Shown: one piece after another, positions 1 through 6,936 of the stretch
Position numbering within the stretch: the first letter of the stretch is position 1
Layout of the letters: each line of letters starts with the position of its first letter
Assembly (NCBI GenBank): GCA_964496765.1
Contig: CAZCAP010000001.1
Location: forward strand, 1-23,188
DNA length: 23,188 bases
Source: an uncultured archaeon
GTDB taxonomy: Archaea; Iainarchaeota; Iainarchaeia; Iainarchaeales; CSSED10-239
Direction: 5' to 3'
Position numbers and translations under genes: made by a program
Notes under the pieces: model-generated
The model's input: the letters and a program-made list of their open reading frames with translations, nothing else
What the model was told of the DNA's origin: nothing
The model's database searches: none

Positions 1-137
1 AAGAGTAATATATATAAACCTATTTTCCTATATATTATATATATAATAATCTATTTTTAGAACAAAATAGCATTATCTATTATTTATACTGTAAACTATA
101 AATATTTTAAATAAAAATAACTTTAGGTGAATAAACA

Positions 138-2336
138 ATGGGAAGAAAAGAACAGGTTGCAGAACTTGCACAAACATTAATGGCAAACACAAAAAATATT
201 AGAAATATTGCAATTATTGCACATATTGATCACGGTAAATCTACTTTAACTGATAATCTAGTAGCTACTGCTGGATTAATTTCAAAAGATCTTGCAGGAG
301 ATCAAGTTTTCATGGATTCATATATCCTTGAACAGGAAAGAGGTATTACAATTAATGCTTCAAACGTATCAGTACCCTATGCTTTAGGTGATGAAAAATA
401 TTTAATTAATATTATAGATACTCCTGGTCACGTTGATTTCACAGGAGATGTTATTAGAGCAATGAGAGCTGTTGATGGAGCAGTCCTAGTTATTGATTCT
501 GTTGAAGGGGTTATGCCACAAACAGAAACTGTTCTAAGACAAGCATTAAAGGAAAGAGTAAGACCTGTTCTTTTTATTAACAAAGTTGATAGATTAATTA
601 CTGAAATGCATGTAACCCCAGAGGATATGCAAAAGAAATTCGTTAAGGTTGTAATGGATGTTAATAATTTAATATCAAGATATGCAGTAGATGAATTAAA
701 ACAAAAGTGGCAGGTTTCAATTAAAGATGGTTCAGTTTGTTTTGGTTCTGGTTATCATAACTGGGCAATGTCTGTTCCAGCAATGGCTAAATACAATCTG
801 AAGTTTGCAGATATTATAGATTATTGTGAAAAGGAACAACAAAAAGAATTATCAGATAAAATACCAATCTCTGATGTATTCCTAGAAATGGTTATTAATC
901 ATTTACCAAATCCTAAGACTGCTCAAGGATACAGAATTCCTGTTATTTGGAAAGGAGATTTAGATTCACCTGAAGGAAAAGCAATGCAAAATTGTGAAAT
1001 GGGAAACGAAAATGTTGCCATGATGGTAGTAGACGTTGTTCTTGATAAGCATGCAGGAGATATTGCATCAGGTAGAATATATGCTGGTTCAATTAAGAAA
1101 GGAATGGATATAAAAATACTAGGAACAGAAAGAGAAGGTAAGGTTCAACAGGTTGGAATATATCTAGGACCTGAAAGAGTTATATTAGATGAAGTTGAAG
1201 CAGGAAATATTGTTTGTGTAATTGGAATGAAAGAAATTTACACAGGGCAAACTCTTGCAAATAGAGAAATGGAACCATTTGAAGATTTCCTATCGGATGT
1301 TGAACCGGTTATGACTGTTTCCATTGAAGCTAAAAATTCAAAGGATCTTCCAAAACTAATTGATGTTATTCATAATATTACTAAAGAGGATCCAAACATA
1401 AGAGCTGAATTAAATCAAGAAACAGGAGAGCATTTAATTTCAGGAATGGGAGAGCTTCACTTAGAGATTACGCAATACAAGGTTGAGAAAGATAATAATA
1501 TCCCAATAACTGTTTCACCTCCAATTGTTGTTTACTATGAAACAATACAAAAAGATTCACCAGTTATTGAAGGAAAAACACCAAACAAGCATAATAAATT
1601 TAAAATACAGATACAACCAATTGAAGAAGAAATGCTTGAGAAGCTAAGAAAGTTAAAGCTTAATTGTAAGATTAGACAAAATAAAGATATGGAAATAATG
1701 AAGAAGCTTCAGGAGATTGGGTTTACTGGTGATGAATCAAAGAACATCTGGGCTGTATTCAATAATTCTGTTTTAATCAATAGAACAAAGGGTATACAGA
1801 ATTTAAATGAAACCAGAGAATTAATTATTGAAGCATTCCAGGACGCATTGAGAGAAGGTCCAGTTGCTAAGGAAAGAGTTTCTGGTATTCTTGTAAGCTT
1901 AAATGATGCTGTATTACACGAGGATGCTATACATAGAGGGCCTGCTCAGGTTCTTCCTGCAATAACAAGAGCTATCTATGCTGGTGTTCTTGCTAGTGAT
2001 TATACTCTTCTAGAGCCTAAACAACATTTGACTGTATCAGTTCCACAGGATTACATGGGTTCTGTTTCAAGAGTTCTTTCTGGTAGAAGAACACAGATTG
2101 AGGATATCAAGAGTGAAGGAGATCTTTCAATCATTATTGGTAAAATACCAGTTAAGTCAATGATTGGTTTTTCACAGGAAATGAGAGGAGAAACACAGGG
2201 AAGAGCTGTTTGGACTGCTGAATATTCTGGATATGAAAAACTTCCTAAATCCATTTTGAAGGATACAATCATGGAAATTAGAAAAAGAAAAGGATTAGAT
2301 CCAGAACCAAAGACCTGGGAATTCTTCCTAGATTAG
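138..2336 (+). CDS. fusA: Archaeal translation elongation factor 2 (aEF-2)
   Basis: 732-aa ORF with GTPase motifs AHIDHGKST (G1), DTPGH (G3) and NKVD (G4). The diphthamide-site His lies in HEDAIHRGPAQ. AGGTGA SD at 125-130, 7 nt before the ATG. Confidence 0.95.
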   Translation: MGRKEQVAELAQTLMANTKNIRNIAIIAHIDHGKSTLTDNLVATAGLISKDLAGDQVFMDSYILEQERGITINASNVSVPYALGDEKYLINIIDTPGHVDFTGDVIRAMRAVDGAVLVIDSVEGVMPQTETVLRQALKERVRPVLFINKVDRLITEMHVTPEDMQKKFVKVVMDVNNLISRYAVDELKQKWQVSIKDGSVCFGSGYHNWAMSVPAMAKYNLKFADIIDYCEKEQQKELSDKIPISDVFLEMVINHLPNPKTAQGYRIPVIWKGDLDSPEGKAMQNCEMGNENVAMMVVDVVLDKHAGDIASGRIYAGSIKKGMDIKILGTEREGKVQQVGIYLGPERVILDEVEAGNIVCVIGMKEIYTGQTLANREMEPFEDFLSDVEPVMTVSIEAKNSKDLPKLIDVIHNITKEDPNIRAELNQETGEHLISGMGELHLEITQYKVEKDNNIPITVSPPIVVYYETIQKDSPVIEGKTPNKHNKFKIQIQPIEEEMLEKLRKLKLNCKIRQNKDMEIMKKLQEIGFTGDESKNIWAVFNNSVLINRTKGIQNLNETRELIIEAFQDALREGPVAKERVSGILVSLNDAVLHEDAIHRGPAQVLPAITRAIYAGVLASDYTLLEPKQHLTVSVPQDYMGSVSRVLSGRRTQIEDIKSEGDLSIIIGKIPVKSMIGFSQEMRGETQGRAVWTAEYSGYEKLPKSILKDTIMEIRKRKGLDPEPKTWEFFLD

Positions 2337-2361
2337 GGAAATACAAATTCCTAATCTTTAG

Positions 2362-2402
2362 TTTTTTTCTTAGATTAAATTATAGTCTAAGAACTCTTTT
2401 TT
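2362..2402 (+). terminator. Putative EF-2 terminator region (T-runs plus hairpin)
   Basis: T7 run at 2362-2368. Inverted repeat cttaga (2369-2374) / tctaag (2386-2391) with an 11-nt loop, followed by ctcttttttatttt. Archaeal terminators are oligo-T tracts. Confidence 0.4.
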
Positions 2403-2460
2403 ATTTTAATTTTATTTTTTTTGATAATCAATTTCTTATTTTTTTAAGTTTCATTAAATG

Positions 2461-2468
2461 TTGGACGC
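2461..2468 (+). repeat. TTGGACGC motif copy followed by a T-run
   Basis: aaatgTTGGACGCttattttttt; compare 2618-2625. Confidence 0.7.
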
Positions 2469-2617
2469 TTATTTTTTTGTGAAACGAAATAAATTTCTCT
2501 TGAATTTTTGTGTGTGATATTTTTTTTAAATTTTTGTTTTTTTAAATCAAACAAATGGGTGTTGTGTGTATCTCCTTTATTTATGGGTGTTTGCAATAAT
2601 TTACAATTCAAAAAATA

Positions 2618-2625
2618 TTGGACGC
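2618..2625 (+). repeat. TTGGACGC motif copy followed by a T-run
   Basis: aatatTGGACGCagttttttt. Same 8-mer as 2461-2468, in direct orientation, 157 bp apart. Confidence 0.7.
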
Positions 2626-2668
2626 AGTTTTTTTAATTTTTTTTAAAAAAATTAAGCGATTGAAAACA

Positions 2669-2703
2669 TTTATATAGGTTTCTAATTACATATAATTAAT
2701 AAA
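2669..2703 (+). promoter_or_regulatory. Archaeal promoter of micro-ORF 1 (BRE/TATA plus initiator-like box)
   Basis: gaaaacaTTTATATA (TATA 2669-2676). The conserved box cATATAATTAATAAa lies at 2689-2703, 22 nt from TATA start to TATAATTAATAA. Confidence 0.6.
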
Positions 2704-2715
2704 TATATTATAATT

Positions 2716-2736
2716 TTTGCAAATTCATTTTGCAAA
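2716..2736 (+). promoter_or_regulatory. 5' leader stem-loop of micro-ORF 1
   Basis: Two copies of the self-complementary octamer TTTGCAAA (2716-2723, 2729-2736) can pair as an 8-bp stem with the 5-nt loop ttcat. The stem ends 8 nt before the SD GGGGGAG (2745-2751). Confidence 0.45.
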
Positions 2737-2757
2737 GAAAAAAAGGGGGAGACTAAA

Positions 2758-2838
2758 ATGGTTAAGAAGAAAGTTGTTAAGAAAACTGTTGCTAAGAAAC
2801 CAGCTAAAAAAGTAGTTAAGAAAAAGAAGAAGAAGTAA
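2758..2838 (+). CDS. Lysine-rich micro-protein, 26 aa (MVKKKVVKKTVAKKPAKKVVKKKKKK)
   Basis: Not in the supplied ORF track (too short). ATG 2758, TAA 2836-2838. GGGGGAG SD 6 nt upstream, own TATA promoter, T-rich tracts downstream. Sequence is histone-H1-tail-like (AKKPAKK). Confidence 0.45.
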   Translation: MVKKKVVKKTVAKKPAKKVVKKKKKK

Positions 2839-2892
2839 ATCTTTCTGATTTATTTTTTTCTTAACGATGAAATAAATCTTTTTGATTTATTT
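2836..2892 (+). repeat. 20-nt direct repeat pair downstream of micro-ORF 1
   Basis: taaatctttctgatttattt (2836-2855) and taaatctttttgatttattt (2873-2892) match 19/20. Each runs into a T-tract, so these may be duplicated terminators. Confidence 0.6.
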
Positions 2893-2940
2893 CCTTTTTT
2901 TATTTTATATTTTATTCTCGTTCTTATTTTACTAAATTTC

Positions 2941-2967
2941 TTGGACAAATGCTAAATATTTTGGACA
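2941..2967 (+). repeat. Two TTGGACA cores spaced 20 nt start to start
   Basis: aaatttcTTGGACAaatgctaaatattTTGGACAatt. The second core ends 17 nt upstream of the TATA box at 2984. Confidence 0.7.
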
Positions 2968-2983
2968 ATTATAAACTATCAGA

Positions 2984-3018
2984 TTTATATATCTTTGTAT
3001 GCAATATATAATTAATAA
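2984..3018 (+). promoter_or_regulatory. Archaeal promoter of micro-ORF 2 (TATA plus initiator-like box)
   Basis: TTTATATA at 2984-2991 and TATAATTAATAA at 3007-3018, a 23-nt offset. This is the same 12-mer as at 2691 and 5259. Confidence 0.55.
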
Positions 3019-3020
3019 TT

Positions 3021-3043
3021 TTATTCTATTATTTATAGAATAA
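3021..3043 (+). promoter_or_regulatory. 5' leader stem-loop of micro-ORF 2
   Basis: ttattctat (3021-3029) and atagaataa (3035-3043) form a perfect 9-bp inverted repeat with the 5-nt loop tattt. It lies upstream of the SD GGGGGAG at 3069-3075. Confidence 0.45.
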
Positions 3044-3083
3044 TTATTCACGAATTATTCAAAGGAAAGGGGGAGAAAAAAAT

Positions 3084-3119
3084 ATGGTAAAGAAGAAAGC
3101 AAAAGCAAAGAAGAAATAA
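3084..3119 (+). CDS. Lysine-rich micro-ORF, 11 aa (MVKKKAKAKKK)
   Basis: ATG 3084, TAA 3117-3119. Same MVKKK start, GGGGGAG SD (8-nt spacer) and promoter design as 2758-2838. It is very short and could be a truncated paralogue or a regulatory uORF. Confidence 0.3.
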   Translation: MVKKKAKAKKK

Positions 3120-3240
3120 ATTTAATTAATTAAGTTTATTTCAGTTATTTATTTTTTTAATATTTTTTTTCTTTTTTTTATTTTTTTAATCTCCGTTAAT
3201 TACAATACCTTTTAAAACCTAATCTACTTTTATTATATCT

Positions 3241-4389
3241 ATGAAAAAGGATATAATTATACTTGGATCTAATTCTAGTTTGTCCATTGCTATTATTGAC
3301 TTTTTTAAAAAATATAAAAATAAATATAATATTGTAGGAATCACCTATGACTGGTCTTTGGATAATCTTGATCTTTTCCTAAAGCAAATAAAAGAAATTA
3401 ATCCAAAAATTATATATGTGGATAGGAAAGAAGATTTTGATTTGATTCAGGCAAAGGATATATCTGATAAAGTTTCTTTATTCCATGGGGAAGATTCATT
3501 TGTTAAATTTTTAAGATCAACAGAGATAGACATGGTTGTGTCCAATCTTAGAGGCAGCTCATCAATCAAGAAGATATTATCTTCAATCTATGAATATAAA
3601 GATATTACTTTACTTAATTCTTCTCCTATTCTCTATTCTGGACAAATTATTATTCAAGATGCAAAATCAAAAGGAGTTTCTTTGAATATTTGCACATATC
3701 CAATATATTCACTAACTCAATTTTTTAAATCAAGAAAAGTAGAAGATATTTATGCACTTCATTTTTTCACATCAAAACACAGTGAAGAAAACAAAATTGA
3801 AGAATTAGATCCTGATGATTACAAAACCCATTTTGAGTTTGTGAAAGAATTTAATTCAACAAATAAAATTAAAATGCTCTATGAATTTTATCTGACAAAT
3901 TATATGTATAACATACCATTAGCAAAAATTTCTTTTTATGAACAAAGCAAACCACTGATATCCATTGCTGTTCAATTTAAGGATGGAAGTAACCTACTTA
4001 ACACAACCAAGAAAGAAATAGAAAATATATTTAATTATTACTTTCTAGACTCTGATTTATTTCCCACAGTAAAGCTTCCTGTTTATGATACCCTAACCAT
4101 TTCTCTTAAAAGAATAGAGCCTAATAATTATAGCCTATTGAAAATGGGATTGGATGCAATCACAAAAGGAGGAGCAACTCCAATAATCTTCTATATAACC
4201 CTAGATAAGATTATAGAGATGATGTACAATAAGGTTTTAAAGAAAAAAACAGATATTCTTAAAATTGTTGAGGAAATAATTAATGATAATCGTCTCTATA
4301 ATAAAAAACTAGATTTAAGCCTAATTTGTGCTCTAGAAAAAAAAATAAGTGATAGATTAAATGAAAAGTATTTAATTAAAAAGAAATAA
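3241..4389 (+). CDS. DXR-family (1-deoxy-D-xylulose-5-phosphate reductoisomerase-like) protein with degenerate cofactor and catalytic motifs
   Basis: 382 aa, collinear by eye with E. coli Dxr. ILGSNSSLS aligns to ILGSTGSIG, LLNSSPIL to LANKESLV, LNICTYPIYSLTQFF to LLPVDSEHNAIFQSL, FKDGSNLL to YQDGSVLA, and YSLLKMGLDAITKGGATP to YPCLKLAMEAFEQGQAAT. A TATA-like TTTTAAAA at 3210-3217 with no SD suggests a leaderless transcript. Confidence 0.6.
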   Translation: MKKDIIILGSNSSLSIAIIDFFKKYKNKYNIVGITYDWSLDNLDLFLKQIKEINPKIIYVDRKEDFDLIQAKDISDKVSLFHGEDSFVKFLRSTEIDMVVSNLRGSSSIKKILSSIYEYKDITLLNSSPILYSGQIIIQDAKSKGVSLNICTYPIYSLTQFFKSRKVEDIYALHFFTSKHSEENKIEELDPDDYKTHFEFVKEFNSTNKIKMLYEFYLTNYMYNIPLAKISFYEQSKPLISIAVQFKDGSNLLNTTKKEIENIFNYYFLDSDLFPTVKLPVYDTLTISLKRIEPNNYSLLKMGLDAITKGGATPIIFYITLDKIIEMMYNKVLKKKTDILKIVEEIINDNRLYNKKLDLSLICALEKKISDRLNEKYLIKKK

Positions 4390-4391
4390 GT

Positions 4392-5177
4392 CTATAGTTC
4401 TTCTTCTTTAATCACAACAGATGCCCTACTCTTTTCTTTTGCTTGTTCAACTAGTTCTGGTTTTTGTTTAATGTGTTCAAGACCATAGGATGCTACAATG
4501 TGTCCAAATGAATAGGAATATTTCTCATCAAAGGTTTTTTTATTAAACTTAGTGCAATAATGGGAACCTCCTACTCCAATTGCTTCAACCCATCCCTTTT
4601 CTTTCTTAATTTCTTGCCTATTGTAATTAGAAATAACATTAAATAAACAGGTTAACATGAATCTAGCTACATCCCTATCAACCCATGCATCTTTATTTGA
4701 ACCAATCTCATAAAATATAGTTGATGTGGATAGAAAAGGACCATGATGAGTTGCTTCCTGTTTAATTTCATAGGGCTTAAGTGCTAATGGCTTATTACTT
4801 TTAAGCTCAAGTAATAGAGATCTTATTAGAATTGGATCAGTTTCTATGATTGTGTGATCAAGTCCACCAAGATCAGCTTTTCCCCAATTACCTATTGGAT
4901 GAACAGTCATACTTTTTGGTTTAATCTCCCCTAGAGTTGAATGCTTTGATAGAAAGATTATTTGATTGATAGCTAGCTCTGGTTCAATAATTTCTTCTTC
5001 CTTTGAAAAAATGTGTAAAGAAGTAATGATCTTAAGATATACTACATTTTTAGAATTTTCTTTGGTTACCTTAAATACATTAGAATTAATCTCTTCAATA
5101 TCATATTCAGTAAATAATATTTCCTTGAAGTTAAGAGAAGCAATGTCCTGATTTGAAATAATTAGTAAAAAATTCAT
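4392..5177 (-). CDS. dtdA: D-aminoacyl-tRNA deacylase, archaeal DTD2 type
   Basis: 261 aa. N-terminus LLIISNQDIASLN, EATHHGP motif and GVGGSHY motif are typical of the tRNA_deacylase (DTD2) family. AAAGGATGA SD and a TATA-like box lie upstream on the minus strand. Confidence 0.75.
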   Translation of the reverse strand: MNFLLIISNQDIASLNFKEILFTEYDIEEINSNVFKVTKENSKNVVYLKIITSLHIFSKEEEIIEPELAINQIIFLSKHSTLGEIKPKSMTVHPIGNWGKADLGGLDHTIIETDPILIRSLLLELKSNKPLALKPYEIKQEATHHGPFLSTSTIFYEIGSNKDAWVDRDVARFMLTCLFNVISNYNRQEIKKEKGWVEAIGVGGSHYCTKFNKKTFDEKYSYSFGHIVASYGLEHIKQKPELVEQAKEKSRASVVIKEEEL

Positions 5178-5227
5178 ATTTCATCCTTTTTAGTGTATTT
5201 ACCTTATAAAGATAATAGGGGAAACCA

Positions 5228-5296
5228 TTTATAAATATTTTTAGCTACATTATTAGTATATAATTAATAATATATAATCTTAATTATTAGGGGGAG
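5228..5296 (+). promoter_or_regulatory. Promoter and leader of the thymidylate operon
   Basis: gaaaccaTTTATAAA (TATA 5228-5235), TATAATTAATAA at 5259-5270, GGGGGAG SD at 5290-5296. Same design as the micro-ORF promoters. It is divergent from the dtdA promoter. Confidence 0.55.
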
Positions 5297-5302
5297 TTAA
5301 AA

Positions 5303-5656
5303 ATGATATATATAGCTAACAAAATGTTTCCATTAAGAATTGATAGAAAATCAAGAGCACCAGTGGAACTAGAAATTTCTTTAAAAAATCAAAACTCATT
5401 AAATAAGTTAATTTCCTATGAAATTGTTTTTCCAGAAGGCATATCTGTAAACACAAAGAATAAGAAAGGAAGTGAGATATTTAAGCTTGGAGAAATGGTT
5501 CCTGATGAAGTAAGGACATTCAAGTATAAATTATTGCCAACTAGCTATTTAGGAGAAGGAACAGTAGAATTGATTGTAAGAGCCTATGAGCACATTGGAT
5601 CCTATGATAATCTAGAACAAACAACAGAAAAAAGAGTTCAAATTAGGGTTGTATAA
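5303..5656 (+). CDS. Hypothetical protein (117 aa), first gene of the operon
   Basis: ORF with a strong GGGGGAG SD 6 nt upstream and non-repetitive composition. No family recognised. Confidence 0.65.
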   Translation: MIYIANKMFPLRIDRKSRAPVELEISLKNQNSLNKLISYEIVFPEGISVNTKNKKGSEIFKLGEMVPDEVRTFKYKLLPTSYLGEGTVELIVRAYEHIGSYDNLEQTTEKRVQIRVV

Positions 5657-5671
5657 ATTATAGCTTGTGAG

Positions 5672-6238
5672 ATGAAACTAATGCCACAGAGACCACTTAA
5701 GCTTCCTGAAAAGCTAGCCAAAAAAGGCAAAACCTTAGAGGATATAAGAAAAATGGTTTTTGAGAAGAAAAAAAGCACGTCCTACGTTATTAAACAAACA
5801 AAGGCAGATGCCTTTAAAGAACATGCCTATTTTCAATCACTGGTTAATAAAATAAAAAGAATCAATCAAAGATTAAAAGAAAAAACCACAAATTCATTTA
5901 CAAAAAGAATGCTAAGCTTTGAATTAATAAGAACGAAAATGGACCTTAATTTAATGGAATTTAAAGTTACTACAGAGTTTAATCTTAAAAATATTGAGAG
6001 AATGCCAAATACTAGTAGCGTTGTTTTAAAGAAGATAAGTGTATTAAAAAATATGGTGAATAAAATACTAAGAGACATAGATTTTAGTTTGGAAGCACAA
6101 ACAATATCCATTGAAAATGCAAAAAAGTTCTCAAGCAAGTTAAGTTCTGAATCCCAAAGAATAGATACAATTAATGATTTAGAAAAATTTCTTAACAAAA
6201 AGCTTATTGAGCTTCAAAACTATAAATTATTAAACTAA
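5672..6238 (+). CDS. Hypothetical Lys-rich, probably helical protein (188 aa)
   Basis: ORF 15 nt after the previous stop and 2 nt before tmk. Starts M-K-L-MPQRP. Weak resemblance to the ORF at 8180-8788 (MP.. start; KxxxSKL[ST]SE about 30 aa from the C-terminus). Confidence 0.6.
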   Translation: MKLMPQRPLKLPEKLAKKGKTLEDIRKMVFEKKKSTSYVIKQTKADAFKEHAYFQSLVNKIKRINQRLKEKTTNSFTKRMLSFELIRTKMDLNLMEFKVTTEFNLKNIERMPNTSSVVLKKISVLKNMVNKILRDIDFSLEAQTISIENAKKFSSKLSSESQRIDTINDLEKFLNKKLIELQNYKLLN

Positions 6239-6240
6239 AG

Positions 6241-6936
6241 ATGAATAAAATGATTAAAGGAAAACTAATTGTAATTGATGGAACTGATGGTTCCGGTAAG
6301 GCAACACAGGTTAAACTTCTTAAGGATAAACTAATAAATGAGGGGCATTTAGTTGAGACTATTGATTTTCCACAGTATAGTTTTAAATCTGCAGGTCCAA
6401 CTGAAGAATATCTTTCAGGGAAATATGGTGCTCCTGATGAGGTTGGAGCCTATAGAGCATCTATTTTTTATGCTGTTGATAGGTATGATGCTTCTTTTAG
6501 GATGAAAGAATGGTTAGAAGCAGGGAAGATAGTTATTTGTGATAGATATGTTTCTGCAAACATGGGACATCAGGCAGGAAAGATAGAAGATCTAAAAGAA
6601 AGAGATAAATATCTTGATTGGTTATTTGATTTAGAATTTAATATATTTAAGATTCCAAAACCAGATATAAATATATTTTTATATTTGGATCCGGTTATTG
6701 CAAGAAGACTTGCACAGGAGAACACAAGCAATAAGTTTACAAATGAAATAAAAAAGAATGATATTCATGAGAAGGATCCTGAGCACATGAAGAAGGCAAG
6801 TGAATCATTTAAGTACGTCGCTGATAAATACAAATGGATAACAATAGATTGTTCAGACAAACAAGAACAAGCAGGAATAAGGACAAGAGAAGATATATCA
6901 GAAGAAATATATAATAAGGTAAAGGGGTTAATATAG
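6241..6936 (+). CDS. tmk: Thymidylate kinase
   Basis: P-loop [13 protein letters not shown], the DRY motif (CDRYVSAN), 231 aa. Confidence 0.9.
   Translation: MNKMIKGKLIVIDGTDGSGKATQVKLLKDKLINEGHLVETIDFPQYSFKSAGPTEEYLSGKYGAPDEVGAYRASIFYAVDRYDASFRMKEWLEAGKIVICDRYVSANMGHQAGKIEDLKERDKYLDWLFDLEFNIFKIPKPDINIFLYLDPVIARRLAQENTSNKFTNEIKKNDIHEKDPEHMKKASESFKYVADKYKWITIDCSDKQEQAGIRTREDISEEIYNKVKGLI

Noticed and set aside
2051-2272. 73-aa minus-strand ORF inside the EF-2 gene
   Set aside because: It is fully antisense to a confidently identified conserved CDS, has no SD, and has shadow-frame composition.
2555-2599. 14-aa ORF MGVVCISFIYGCLQ in the EF-2 downstream spacer
   Set aside because: It has no SD or promoter signals. 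The GT-rich repeats are more likely an RNA or DNA feature.
2843-2900. Possible C/D-box sRNA (acgatgaa C-box-like at 2864, ctga at 2845)
   Set aside because: The C box has a mismatch to RUGAUGA. No properly spaced D box (CUGA) lies 45-60 nt downstream, and no terminal stem is present.
2337-3240. Long A/T homopolymer runs and AT palindromes (e.g. ttaattttttttaaaaaaattaa at about 2635-2660) considered as a CRISPR-like or replication-origin feature
   Set aside because: There is no regularly spaced repeat-spacer structure and no ORB-like (origin recognition box) repeats. Low-complexity AT palindromes are expected by chance at this composition.
4966-5151. 61-aa plus-strand ORF inside the dtdA gene
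   Set aside because: It is an antisense shadow ORF of the DTD2 gene with no start signals.
5866-6198. 110-aa minus-strand ORF opposite 5672-6238
   Set aside because: It has the Leu/Phe/Ile/Ser-rich composition typical of the complement of a Lys/Glu/Asn-rich gene. It breaks the tight plus-strand operon spacing. The plus-strand ORF was preferred, although neither has a recognised family.
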